From: a virus
Lineage: Duplodnaviria > Caudoviricetes
Virus record (IMG/VR): IMGVR_UViG_2791355159_000004
Span: 1 to 64,000 of that record
DNA: 64,000 nt
Strand: one strand, 5' to 3'
Both the position numbers and the translations under genes were made by a program. Positions 1 through 10,582 of the stretch are shown here, one piece after another. The notes beneath the pieces are model-generated. The model had not been told where the DNA came from, ran no database searches, and worked only from the letters and a program-made list of their open reading frames with translations. Within the stretch, counting starts at the first letter, position 1, and each line of letters opens with the position of its first letter.

Positions 1-110
1 ATGGAGTTAATGTATAAGATTTTAAATAGCGGTAAGTTAGAGGAAATAATGTTATTGATTGAAAAGTGAAAGATTGCTGGTAAGGTGTTTATTTATAATA
101 TTACCTTACC

Positions 111-187
111 GGTTTTATTGGTTTTATTGGTTTTATTGGTTTTATTGGTTTTATTGGTTTTATTGGTTTTATTGGTTTTATTGGTTT
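111..187. repeat. 9-bp tandem repeat (GGTTTTATT) x8 plus partial copy
   Basis: Eight perfect consecutive GGTTTTATT units at 111-182, followed by GGTTT. Confidence 0.95.
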
Positions 188-379
188 AGTAAGTGAATAT
201 TCCATTCCTTCGCTTGTGTTTATCACAGAAGCATAAAGTGTTCAGGCATGGTTTTTTATACAATAATTTTATCTCACTAACGTTAAATTAATATGTTGTA
301 AATTTATTAGAGCATATGATGATAATAAAACCCTAAGTTAACCGGCAACCAGACGCAGTCAGGCAACCGTGGCTTTAAC

Positions 380-965
380 AGAATCGCTGAGCAGCTGAGG
401 GATATACTTTTCTGCAGTTGAAGCTGGTCTTTCCCGCATCCATCAGCACGGCCCTGAAGCATTAATGTGACGAGGCCGCTGCGAAACGACAATGGATTGC
501 GGCGTTTGTGGAGAACGGCATCACTTCGAAACAGCAGTTGCCCACGGGTATGAAACGGACTTGTTCCAGTAATTGGCCTTTCTGACCTTCGCCTGATGAG
601 TTCATTCAGTGGTGCCGGAAGGGCGAATACAGCGTTGCGGGGCTGCCGGACGAGGATGAGCTTTACAACATGGTGATGAAATATTGCGCTCGCCGGGGAC
701 TGTACAAATCACCTGAAGCCTACTCGTGGAAGAGCAACACCTGCTTCTGGATGGTTACCGGCTGATACAGTGCAATGCGCGCGAAGGGCTGACGGAGCTG
801 GAGCTGTGCATGAAGTGTCGCAATGAGCTGCGGATAATGACTATGCGCCTTCAGTCTAGCGAGTTGATGCCGCCTCCTCGTGCGTAGCTGGAAAAGCTCT
901 ATGTGCCAGCCAGCACCGAAAAGGTAGTGGCATATATTAGGTAGTTGAAGACTTTGCTTAAAGCA
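380..965 (+). pseudogene. lambda P-like replication (helicase loader) gene remnant
   Basis: Manual translation gives KRQWIAAFVENGITSKQQL...PF*PSPDEFIQWCRKG...GLPDEDELYNMVMKYCARRGLY...YSWKSNTCFWMVTG*, which resembles lambda P but has in-frame stops. Ends are approximate. Confidence 0.8.
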
Positions 966-1229
966 AATGGCAGGAAGCGCCGGGGTAAACTTTCGGAATG
1001 AGCAAGCAGCGGAAGTTCATCACTTTTTGCTAATGGAGATTTAACGAATAATCCAAATGCTCAATTAATGGGGGGCAGGTCAAAGCATTTTAACATTCCT
1101 ATTCAACTTGAAACGATTTTGCGCGATAGAATTTACGGTTTATCAGGAAATATTCCTGAGCTCCTACCCTTTTAAAAACGTGATTTAACGTATCTAAGAC
1201 CTATTATTCGTTGGTAGGGGTTGTCGATA

Positions 1230-2330
1230 TTAATCGGAGTCAATTTTCCCAAATTCTGTTAAGCCGAAAACTGAATTATCAGTATTATGAGCTTGCAAAC
1301 CCGCTTCGTGAATTTCATTCAGATCAACTGCTTTACTATCCTCTAATCCTAGAGAGAACATAGGATAAGCCCAGTTCCAATGCTGATCAGGAATCAATCT
1401 ATTATTCTCAATCCTAAAAAAACTGACTATGAGATGATGCTTCCCTTGAATTGCCTCGTCATCATAGATATTTGCCAGTACACCAAAGTGCTTGTAGCCT
1501 GCTTGGTCATTCTCGAACATTTTTATTTTTGTGCCGTTTCTTATCATCCAAAAAGAATGTTTCCCAATAGCATCAGTGGCTTGCCAGTCGGATTCATCAA
1601 CTTCCCAGTCAAGGTAGTGTTTGTAGTTTGACTGAGGTTTTAGTTTTTTGTCATTACTAAACCAAGGTATTGGTGGGAGTATAGGTTGAAGTCCTTCTGG
1701 CAGGGGGGACTGACCCGCGGCAATGGAATGCATGATCTTTGTCATTGATGGAAGCCCCATTAAATGCCATAGATCATGTTTATCCTTTTTAAAGATAAGA
1801 AGCCCTTTAGATACGCCATCCATGTAAGTTGACTTTAAACGAATTAGTATATCCTTGTTACCGTCTTTATCTAGGTCTTCAATATTTATTGAAGATGCTA
1901 CGACTTCGTCATTCTCAGCGCCCGGGATAATTGCCCAGTACCCAATATCGTAGAATCCAGGTCTGCCAACTACTTTATCTATTAAGTTTTGTCCAGAGGG
2001 TTCGAAGATCATCAGGAAGCGGCTAAGGGCACCATTAGCACTCATAGCTTTTCCGTAAACTACTACGGAGTTTGATGTACTTAGGTCGAGTGACTCACTT
2101 GTTACTGAGTCAAATAACACTGAGGTCAAATTTGTGGCAAGTTGCTGCTGGATACAGGCTCGAGCCATTTCTACTAATTTTTCACGAACATCCGCAGATC
2201 GCATAGGTTGTGAAGTAAAATGGAACAGCCCTAGTGTAACCACTACGCCCAGTATTGCCGTTATAATGCTGCCTAGAACCTGTTCCTTAACCAATTTTAA
2301 AATACTCATCAATATCACCTTCAACTTCAC
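1230..2330 (-). CDS. hypothetical membrane-anchored protein (moron) with a DxDxDG Ca-binding/FG-GAP-like motif
   Basis: 366-aa AT-rich ORF with an N-terminal hydrophobic segment (VLGSIITAILGVVVTLGLF) and the motif DLDKDGNKDILI. Confidence 0.75.
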   Translation of the reverse strand: MKLKVILMSILKLVKEQVLGSIITAILGVVVTLGLFHFTSQPMRSADVREKLVEMARACIQQQLATNLTSVLFDSVTSESLDLSTSNSVVVYGKAMSANGALSRFLMIFEPSGQNLIDKVVGRPGFYDIGYWAIIPGAENDEVVASSINIEDLDKDGNKDILIRLKSTYMDGVSKGLLIFKKDKHDLWHLMGLPSMTKIMHSIAAGQSPLPEGLQPILPPIPWFSNDKKLKPQSNYKHYLDWEVDESDWQATDAIGKHSFWMIRNGTKIKMFENDQAGYKHFGVLANIYDDEAIQGKHHLIVSFFRIENNRLIPDQHWNWAYPMFSLGLEDSKAVDLNEIHEAGLQAHNTDNSVFGLTEFGKIDSD

Positions 2331-2801
2331 TTTAGCATCTTAGTACTATTAAAATTGTCATTCTGAAATATCACAGCTTTCCAGCCACTAAGTCTATCTC
2401 TAAGCTTTTCGAGCATTCAGCACCAGTCATAAATAATGCTCGATAAAGTTCGCCTTGAGCGCATTATAGCAAGGAACGTCGTTTTATTGACTAATGCAAG
2501 CGAGTATTTTGTCTCAGCATAACTCCCAACTACGTATCTGTTTTTAGGAGATCATTACGGCGAGCAAGATGTTTCAGAAAATGCATATCTCCAACAGCAA
2601 ATGCATGCACTTGATTGTCATTTGAATTACTACCCTTCATAAAGTGCCGGTATTCAGGAAAACCGTTTTACCGTACGTAACGTATCCGGCGTAGAATATC
2701 ATACATTAATATTTAATTGGTTATTTTATGTCAGAAATTTCAGTAGTATATTGATTGCTGGCTTCGCTGAGAGACAAGTGATGTAAATATTACGAACATT
2801 C

Positions 2802-3557
2802 TTAGCCATGCATTTCGTAAAAAGCATCTATGCTATTTTTTATACCAGGTTTTTCAAAAAACTCTGGAAAATTATCTTTCATATAAGAAATGTTTTTCCA
2901 ATCAAAATAAACTACAGCTATTACTAATATGTTTATAGCTTTAACTGGTGTTAAGCTAACGCAAACATCAATATAGTGTTCTCTGTCCTCTATAGGACAT
3001 TTTTCATTTATTAGTTTAGTTAGAACGTAAAAGCCTCTGACAACAGAAAATATTGCCATTCCAGAAGCGTCATCAATACCCCCTAAAATTGCAGAAGTTT
3101 CACTCAGAGTTGAGTTGTTTTCCTCTATATAATTGGTGATATAGTTTTCTAGTTCATTAACCGCCTTTACGCTTTTGAACGTGCCGTTTGGTAGAATCAA
3201 TTCAAGCTCTTTAAATTCTTCTCGTTCTGCTTCAATTAAATTATAAAAGCTTACTTCAAAAGATCTTTTGTCTTCTAACTTAGACTGTCGCTTCGAATCT
3301 TCTATAAGTGAGTTGTTTGCTTCTCGTTGCAGATTAATTGAGTTGATTAGCATAACAATGCTTATAAATGATAATATAGGGTTAAGAACGCCTCCAACAT
3401 AGTCACCAAATGTCCCCCAATCACCTTTCGAATCGGAAAAGCCACTCCATTTTCTTGGCTCAAAAATATCCCACATATCATCCCAGTGATTAAAATATGC
3501 GAAGTAAACAAACCAAGTAATAGCTATTATGGCTATAGCTGAAATCTTTACCCTCAT
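2802..3557 (-). CDS. putative abortive-infection (putAbiC-like) membrane protein
   Basis: 251 aa with two N-terminal TM segments, the motif GDWGTFGDYVGGVLNPILSFIS, and then FEVSFYNLIE, as recalled for the putAbiC family. Confidence 0.6.
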   Translation of the reverse strand: MRVKISAIAIIAITWFVYFAYFNHWDDMWDIFEPRKWSGFSDSKGDWGTFGDYVGGVLNPILSFISIVMLINSINLQREANNSLIEDSKRQSKLEDKRSFEVSFYNLIEAEREEFKELELILPNGTFKSVKAVNELENYITNYIEENNSTLSETSAILGGIDDASGMAIFSVVRGFYVLTKLINEKCPIEDREHYIDVCVSLTPVKAINILVIAVVYFDWKNISYMKDNFPEFFEKPGIKNSIDAFYEMHG

Positions 3558-3560
3558 CAG

Positions 3561-4388
3561 TTATTCCACGCCGTGTATTAAATATTGAACAAGCTCACCA
3601 GTATTATCTGTGATCTCAGTTACTTCCATGGTTAATGGGGAAAAATAATCATTTCCTCTCCTATTATTATTATCGAGGTTTCGTGAGAACTTCCTCTTTT
3701 GTTCTTGACTTATGTAATCCCATCTAACTGCATGTCTAAAGGATATAGAAGTAGATTCTCTATCTAAAAGAAGTCTCCCAGTCCCCGTCAGCGCGTTAAA
3801 TCTCGTAACGATTGCTTGGATTCGAGACCTTTGAGGCGACTCGTAACGTCGATTAAGATTAGCTAAAGTGACGCTATCAATAGTGGCTACTTTGACTCTT
3901 ATTTCATTCTTTTTAGTAGAAAGCTCTACCTTATACCCTTGACTTTCAACAGCCTTATGCATATTAATTAATGGCTCTTTGAGTCTTCTTAGTATGTCTA
4001 GTTCGATAGGTCTTAGCTCTGCTATTTTATGCATTGCGTTTTCGGTAGTAGGCACAAAGTCAACGCGGAGACACTTGCAAATATAATATCTCATTATTTC
4101 AGAAAATGCTTGTGCGCCTAATTCATTAAAACGCTGAATTTGATCATCACCCGTAATGGACAATAAAAAGTTTTGTCCAAATGATCCTTCGAAATTATTT
4201 TTAAATACTGTTCTTAACCCTTCGGCTTTGTTTATTTTTTTTGGAACTTCACTGTTTAATATAGCATTGGCAACCAGAACTGTTGTGTCTGAAGTCCCTA
4301 GGAATGTTTTGGAACCCGAGTTCATGTCAAGAAGATTAAATTGCCTTTCGCCATCTGTTACGATTACGTCCATTTTTAAATCAAGCAT
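3561..4388 (-). CDS. hypothetical protein, operonic partner of the AbiC-like gene
   Basis: 275-aa AT-rich ORF ending 3 bp before the next start; beta-rich C-terminus. Confidence 0.75.
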   Translation of the reverse strand: MLDLKMDVIVTDGERQFNLLDMNSGSKTFLGTSDTTVLVANAILNSEVPKKINKAEGLRTVFKNNFEGSFGQNFLLSITGDDQIQRFNELGAQAFSEIMRYYICKCLRVDFVPTTENAMHKIAELRPIELDILRRLKEPLINMHKAVESQGYKVELSTKKNEIRVKVATIDSVTLANLNRRYESPQRSRIQAIVTRFNALTGTGRLLLDRESTSISFRHAVRWDYISQEQKRKFSRNLDNNNRRGNDYFSPLTMEVTEITDNTGELVQYLIHGVE

Positions 4389-5477
4389 TTGTTTTCCTTT
4401 GTTGATTTGTAGTGCCTTAAGTAGACGATATCTTAAAATTTCCCATGTAAAGCATTTGTTTGATATTTGCTTTATTTTTATAGTTATTTTTGATATGAAT
4501 AATTTGCGTTTTATATAATAATATTCCCGTTCGCCATCCCATGTCAGTGTAACGAGGCTGGCATCTGATTAGCTTGTAACGGTGCGCAGTTGAGTTTTAT
4601 GATAGTGCAATTTTTTAATTGCCTAACCTTTATTAACCTTAAGTTTTTAGTTGCTGTTCAGTGAATGGCAAGCGATAGATGTTTAATAACATCTAGAAAA
4701 TATGATAAAATGCAATATTTAGTATTGAATGTGCTTTATATCAATTTGTTACATCGTTAAAGCTTTGCTTTTGCCTCAACTTATGCACCATGCGGACAAA
4801 ATATCTCCCGTGCTAGTATTTTATCTATAAATCGGCAAGGCCATAGAATCTCTGTCCGTCAAATCCTGACTCATCGAGTGTTATGTACCATATTATTTTT
4901 CCCAAAATTTTTCATTTGGCTATATACCTGCAGGAGACATATTCTGAAAGTATTAAATCATAAATTTAACTGGTTAATGAAGAGCGTTTCATGCAACTTT
5001 ATGCATTTATTATAAATACAAGGAAACGTACTTTTCTAACGTGTTTTAGCGGAGTTTTATAGTGTTTATTGTGGGATGAGCGATTTTTTCTACCACAAAA
5101 TTAAACTAATCTGTTAATGGTTATCATGGCTCATGGGCACCGCTAATCAATTTTCAAATGAAAGGCAATCACTCTATCGGCTGGTCTGGGCAAATCCGGC
5201 AGACGTCTTAGCTGCGGACCTCAGGGTCAGCGAGCAGGTGCTTATTGCAAGATGCCTAGAGTCCCTGACCCCGCGTCCATTAACCGATTACTGGCGAGCT
5301 CTACTTGGATGTACCTGTTCCGAACTCATTCCAAAGATGCTCATCTTAGGATGCGTCCGGGGCGGCTTGTCTTCTCCCCTTGATTTACTTGTCTTTAAAA
5401 CTGCGCAACACTGACTTTCTCATGTAACGTTCATCAATAAACCGTATAATTGTTTTACTTAGTTCGGTTCAGTCAAG

Positions 5478-5909
5478 ATGGAAACCAGAGCAATGCGTGA
5501 TATTCAACAGGTGCTTGAACGCTGGGGAGCCTGGGTTGCAAATAACCCGGAAAAAATCTCATGGTACAGTGTTGCCGCTGGATTCACAGGGCTTTTCCCA
5601 AATAGAGTGACGACTCGCCCTCAGTGTTGTGATGAGGATGGACTGATTGTCAGCCGTTGTGTCGCTAAGCTTTATTCCAAAAATGCAGATCTGCATGAAT
5701 TGTTGGTAGATTACTACATTCTCGGTCATACTTTTATGTCATTGGCAAGAAAACATCACTGTTCAGATGGCCACATCGGGAAAAAGCTTCAAAAGGCCGA
5801 AGGCGTAGTTGAGGGCATGCTCGTCATGCTAGATACGTCACTTGAAATGGACAGGTTTGTGCAACGCATACCTCGCCCATATTCATGTGAAACTAATTTA
5901 CGTACGTAA
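5478..5909 (+). CDS. Q: late antitermination protein Q
   Basis: [14 protein letters not shown]...[13 protein letters not shown]...[12 protein letters not shown]; homologous to 47518-47919. Confidence 0.9.
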   Translation: METRAMRDIQQVLERWGAWVANNPEKISWYSVAAGFTGLFPNRVTTRPQCCDEDGLIVSRCVAKLYSKNADLHELLVDYYILGHTFMSLARKHHCSDGHIGKKLQKAEGVVEGMLVMLDTSLEMDRFVQRIPRPYSCETNLRT

Positions 5910-5980
5910 AAGTTGGCGTAATCTGGTAATCATGCAGTTTCTGTGACAACACCGGCTTCCGCAGTCAGTAAGCGTTCAGT

Positions 5981-6595
5981 CTAATTTTTTTTGTCGTGTA
6001 CTGACCAGCAACTGCTGATATTTCTGTCCAGACAAAAATCGGAGATCAACTTGCCAAATGCACGGTAAGTTTTTTCCAGGTTCTTTTCGCTGACATGGCT
6101 GCTGCTTCCATTATTGCGCCAGTGGCTGAAGAAAACCTTCTCTCCGTCATCAACAATTTCTGCACTCTGGGTAGGTAGAGCAGATGGCTGTTTGGCATTT
6201 TCGATAGAGGAAGGAATATGTTGGGCAAAGTGCTGTAAGAATTTAGATGGCTTAAAAGGGTTAGCAGGATCGAAGGTCAACCCCAAGGCTCTGCACAGAT
6301 CTGAGTAAGCTGATTCAGGTCTTATTACTGGCGCAACCTCATATCCCTGGCGAACATCAAGTATGAAACTACATTTATGTCCAATCGCGCCAAAAAGCAG
6401 TTTATAGGGCGTACGGTCGGTAAAAAAAAGCACATCGAAAACAACATTATTGTGTCGGTATTGAAACTGCGTCCGTGTCACATTATTAGCCCGCATACTC
6501 GCATGAAGTGAACGAAGACCCTCTAATTGCATATGCCCCTCACTAATTGATAAGTTAATCTTTAGGTTATCAAATGGTGTAAGGGGCATCCACAA
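5981..6595 (-). CDS. DUF6037-like hypothetical protein (moron)
   Basis: 204-aa ORF; likely start is MQLEGLRSL. Motifs FDVLFFTD.TPY.LLFG and HWRNN...VSEKNLEKT, family recalled from memory. Confidence 0.6.
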   Translation of the reverse strand: MWMPLTPFDNLKINLSISEGHMQLEGLRSLHASMRANNVTRTQFQYRHNNVVFDVLFFTDRTPYKLLFGAIGHKCSFILDVRQGYEVAPVIRPESAYSDLCRALGLTFDPANPFKPSKFLQHFAQHIPSSIENAKQPSALPTQSAEIVDDGEKVFFSHWRNNGSSSHVSEKNLEKTYRAFGKLISDFCLDRNISSCWSVHDKKN

Positions 6596-6941
6596 GCAAT
6601 TACTATTTTCAATGTACTCTTATGGCATACCTCAACCCTCTGACAGCGCGGTCTGTAGAAAATTTGGCAGCTGGGATCTCAGCCTTTATTGGCTGGAGAG
6701 TTTTGGCATAGATAAAATATTGTTAATTTTTGTCAACACTACAGATTGCTCTGTTCAATGAATGGGTCGATAGAGGAATATATTGCAAAACATTCCAAAA
6801 GACTGGCATAGCCTGTATGAACTGGCACAAAGCTGATGCGTGGGAGTCGCTAACTGGCGTAATACCGCTAAGAGCAGCCATAGCCCATCATCGATGGTTA
6901 AAGCGTCGGCAGTATCTTACCGACGCTTTAACCATCGATGA

Positions 6942-7808
6942 TTAACTAAGCGATAAATACCTAAAACCTTTCTCTCGCATGTCGTTGTATTTATCTGTCA
7001 TATGCTGATATTTATGGCCCAGTAGTGTGCGAGTATCTATGCCCTGCACTCGATAAAGTCGCTCAGCCAGAGAGCGCTGTTCGCGGAACGGCGGTGCAGT
7101 ACAGCCGGGCGGAACTGACAGCTCGCAGCACTCACGACAAACCCTAAACCAGTGCGACAACTACCAGGTATGGATGCACCTCCCTGAGTCCGTTTGCAGC
7201 ATCAGGCCATTTGACGGACAGATAACGATGACTTCAGCGAGTAAGGTAGATATAGCCTCCAGATACAGGCTAAGCGAGAGGGCTATCTTTTCTCCCGTTT
7301 TAATCTGCGTGATATAAAGATAACCATCCCTGACGTCACGAGAATGCATACTGACTAAATCCGAGGGGCGCTGGCCGGTAACCAGTGCCAGCAGCATTGC
7401 GTTCTGAAAATAAACCGGAGCCCGGTATTTAGCGCACTTAAAAAGCTGTATCCACTCGCTGAGGCTCAGTCGCGCCGCTGCAACCGCTGTCATCGGCGGC
7501 CGGGATAAAAGGGCGGGGTTGTGTCCCATCGGTACAACGCTCGCTCGTTGCACCTCTTTGAAAAGATCGGACAGATTTATGCGGAGCCGGCGAGCTGCGT
7601 ATGAGGTTTTTTGGACTTTTTCATTGATGATGCGGCTGATCTCATAAGCCGAGATGCTCATCAACTTACGATCGCCCCAGACTCTGCAACAGAACCGCGC
7701 AAGCCTTATATAGTCCTGTACTGTTTTCGCTTTTATTTCGCCGCTGGCGTGTCTTGCCTGCACTGCGAGTGAATAGCTTTAAACCCATTTACCTACTGTT
7801 AATGACAT
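6942..7808 (-). pseudogene. lambda-Int-family tyrosine recombinase, pseudogene
   Basis: Single frame from ATG 7808 with in-frame TAA (~7780) and TAG (7161-7163). Motifs LALVTGQRPSD, EQRSLAERLY and LLGHK...MTDKY. Confidence 0.8.
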
Positions 7809-7958
7809 GATTTTCTACTCATCTGTAATTAAAGCTGCCTGCGCGGCAGTGAGATAAGTGAGGAAGGCTATTCCTGCGCTGAATGCAGTCCTTGCATATC
7901 TCTGCGAGGACTATAGAGCCTGTTGTTAACGACGAATCTCAATAAATTGTACCTACAA

Positions 7959-7983
7959 AGCTCGCTTAGGCGGGCTTTTTTTT
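7959..7983 (+). terminator. intrinsic terminator upstream of the lysis genes
   Basis: GCTCGC-TTAG-GCGGGC followed by a T run. Confidence 0.65.
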
Positions 7984-8085
7984 ATACTCAAAGTCTCCGC
8001 TGGTTCCCACCGCGCACCCTGCGCACGCCGACGCGCGGCTTTTTTCTTTTCACCCCATCGTTGCCCACACCAGAAAGGGCTGAGC

Positions 8086-8400
8086 ATGCATCGTATGGAC
8101 TCTTCATCTCATCAAATGCCGTATTGGTGGTCTGCGTGTCTGGCGTTCTTCTCAACGCTGACGCTTTACGACTGCGTTTTTTGCATCGGCGCAGCGATCT
8201 CCGCTTTCTTCACAGTCAAAACCTATTACGCCTCGCGACGCGAAAGGCGACAGCAGCTGGAGGAGGAGCGCAAGCGAACAGAGATGCTCAGAACCTATCT
8301 GGACAGCGTCATCGCTAAGCCGGAAAGCGAGCGCCCAACGGCTGCTGAAGTGGTGGCTAAAGCAACAGAAAATGCGGGGATGACAGATGCCGATACTTAA
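8086..8400 (+). CDS. holin (possible dual start M-H-R-M)
   Basis: Small protein with hydrophobic segments and a charged C-terminus, directly before the endolysin. Confidence 0.7.
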   Translation: MHRMDSSSHQMPYWWSACLAFFSTLTLYDCVFCIGAAISAFFTVKTYYASRRERRQQLEEERKRTEMLRTYLDSVIAKPESERPTAAEVVAKATENAGMTDADT

Positions 8401-8911
8401 CAGAAAAGCCGGCGCAGCGGGCGCGGTATGTGCTGTTGGCGTCATCGTTGCAATCATGCTTTCTGGCGGGCAGGTGCGCACAAATCAGCGCGGACTGGAA
8501 CTCGTTGGTAATGCAGAGGGTTGCCGGCGTGAGCCGTACACATGTCCGGCAGGTATTATAACCGACGGTATAGGCAATACACACGGTGCTAAGCCAGGCT
8601 CGCGCAAGACTGACGAACAGATAGCCGCAGACTGGCAACAAAACATACTGGACGCCGAAGCATGCGTAAATCGCTACGCCGCTGGCACCCGACTGCCGGC
8701 TAACACTTTTTCCGCTGCGGTCTCGATTGCATTCAATGTCGGCTGTCCAAAAATGCAGAAATCAACGATGTTCCGCTATTTCCGCCATGGGCAGCTGGTG
8801 GACGGATGCAATGAATTTCCCCGGTGGGTTTTCGGCGGAGCCAAAGAGCTGCCGGGGTTGGTGAAACGTCGCGAGGAAGAAAGGCAGCTTTGTCTGAAGG
8901 GTGTGAAGTGA
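8387..8911 (+). CDS. SAR endolysin, P1 Lyz-like lysozyme
   Basis: N-terminal weakly hydrophobic SAR helix containing Cys; GNAEGCRREPYTCPAGIITDGIGNT has the E-x8-C-x5-T triad. Confidence 0.9.
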   Translation: MPILNRKAGAAGAVCAVGVIVAIMLSGGQVRTNQRGLELVGNAEGCRREPYTCPAGIITDGIGNTHGAKPGSRKTDEQIAADWQQNILDAEACVNRYAAGTRLPANTFSAAVSIAFNVGCPKMQKSTMFRYFRHGQLVDGCNEFPRWVFGGAKELPGLVKRREEERQLCLKGVK

Positions 8912-9369
8912 TGCGGTATTTGCTGCTGTGCCTCTGCCTAGTTGCGTTGGGAGCCGGTCTGCTCGCTACCCATTATCACGACAAAGCCACAGAGTGGCGC
9001 GCGGCAGCACATCAGACGCAACAGCTGGCGAAGCAGCAGGAAGCTGCTCTCAGCGAAATGCAGAGGCGACAGCGTGAGGTTGCCGCGCTCGATGAGAAAT
9101 ATACAAAGGAGTTAGCCAATGCTCAGGCGACTATTGAGCAGCTTCACCATGACGTTATTGCTGGTCGCAAGCGGCTGTACCTCAAAACCCGCCGTTCAGC
9201 CATGCCAGAGGGTAAAGCCCCCGGCACCAGCGGCGTGGATGATGCAGCCCGCACCCGATCTGATAAGTCCGCTGAACGGGATTATTTCACTCTCAGAAGT
9301 CGAATCGAGCTCGCCGGTAAGCAAATAGCCGGCCTGCAGCAATTCATCAGAGAGCAATGCCTGAGGTAA
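8911..9369 (+). CDS. Rz: i-spanin (Rz)
   Basis: ATG at 8911 overlaps the endolysin stop; N-terminal TM, then ALDEKYTKELANA...ERDYFTLR...GLQQFIREQC. Confidence 0.88.
   Translation: MRYLLLCLCLVALGAGLLATHYHDKATEWRAAAHQTQQLAKQQEAALSEMQRRQREVAALDEKYTKELANAQATIEQLHHDVIAGRKRLYLKTRRSAMPEGKAPGTSGVDDAARTRSDKSAERDYFTLRSRIELAGKQIAGLQQFIREQCLR
9119..9328 (+). CDS. Rz1: o-spanin lipoprotein (Rz1), nested in Rz
   Basis: Lipobox LVASGC and Pro-rich PPAPAAWMMQPAP, in an alternate frame inside Rz. Confidence 0.8.
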   Translation: MLRRLLSSFTMTLLLVASGCTSKPAVQPCQRVKPPAPAAWMMQPAPDLISPLNGIISLSEVESSSPVSK

Positions 9370-9445
9370 CAATAATTCCCCGGCTTTTTGCATGACTTCT
9401 GATGATGCATAATCCTGGTTCAATGCATCAGCACATGAGTGAAAA

Positions 9446-9670
9446 ATGGAAATAGACGTTGGAAACTTCACACGCGTCCAAGGAAACGCTGTCTATGCAG
9501 AAGTAACGATTTATACCGATCCCGATTCGGGTGGTGAAAACGTGTCTCTGTATCTGAAGTTGCCTTACAAGTCTGAAACAACACTTGCAGATTTAGAGGC
9601 GCTGGCAAAAAGCGAGGCCATAAAGCAAATGCGCGCTGCGGCCGACTGGTTATCCAGGAGTCCTGTATAG
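9446..9670 (+). CDS. hypothetical protein
   Basis: 74-aa ORF between the lysis genes and cos. Confidence 0.6.
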   Translation: MEIDVGNFTRVQGNAVYAEVTIYTDPDSGGENVSLYLKLPYKSETTLADLEALAKSEAIKQMRAAADWLSRSPV

Positions 9671-10143
9671 CTGCACAAGCTCATTACACAACAAAGCGCA
9701 TTAAAGGTGGCATTGCTTGAGACTATGGGCTTGAAGTTAGTTTGATTATATTTACGTGCTCGAAGGTAAAAACAATTTAAGAGCTGGACTTATGCGCGGG
9801 CCTTATGATTTACTGAGTTTAGTTCCGGAATTCAAGCTCATTATAAAGTAAGGGCTTGTAAAGATATGGGTGGTCTCCTCCTTAGACTGATGTTCACGGC
9901 TTCGGTAGTTGGAATTGGCGGGAGCTTAACCTCGTTTGCAGTATCGTTTCTAACAGCAGAAGTTATCAGTTTGATTTCAGGATATATCCTTAAGGAGGGT
10001 GCATATATGATTAAATTTAATACTAAAAATCACATCTGCTTCAAAAACAACGCCGTGAAATCTGGTTGTGGAGAAGGCCGCCATTTCAGGCTAAGCCTGC
10101 TGATGAGCCTGTGAAAGTCAGGCGAAAATAACATATCTTTTTA

Positions 10144-10168
10144 AAGCCTCTTTTATAGAGGCTTTTTT
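10144..10168 (+). terminator. intrinsic terminator
   Basis: AAGCCTCT-loop-AGAGGCTT followed by a T run. Confidence 0.6.
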
Positions 10169-10355
10169 ATTAGGTAAATATGGCCCCTATTTATAAACAT
10201 GACATGTTCTGTTGCAAACACCTCTTTGTTTAAACACTGTGCTCGAAGCCGTATCAGGGCAACTCGGAACTCTTTAAAAGAGGTGAAAGCCTGACCTATT
10301 AAAAATCAGAACAAAAAAAGGAAAAAATGATTGTCTCGCCACGCTCTGAATCTGC

Positions 10356-10397
10356 GGGTCCTCCCGGAGGGGTACCCTGGCCACGAGGCGGCGGCCC
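10356..10397 (+). other. lambda-type cos site (cosQ + cosN)
   Basis: GGGTCCT (cosQ) at 10356-10362, then 23 nt, then the 12-mer AGGCGGCGGCCC at 10386-10397. Spacing matches lambda, and the site is upstream of terS. Confidence 0.8.
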
Positions 10398-10582
10398 CGC
10401 AGAAAACGGCTAGTTTTGCGATTTTCATAGGGACACCACCACGTGTCTTAACTAATTGAATATATAAAATAAATCGGCTTTTGAGGTGTCCATTTCGCCA
10501 AAACCAGGGACAGGTGGATAGCGGTTAATTACATGATATTAAAAAGGAAATACGTAAATGAGCTGGTGTGTTGAGGTGAGGA

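Noticed and set aside
2802-4600. Retron (TM effector plus ncRNA)
   Set aside because: No reverse transcriptase motif is visible in any ORF.
5133-5414. 93-aa ORF or IS fragment upstream of Q
   Set aside because: No recognisable motif, terminal repeats or RBS.
9866-10114. 82-aa ORF before cos
   Set aside because: No homology cue and a weak start; cannot be supported.
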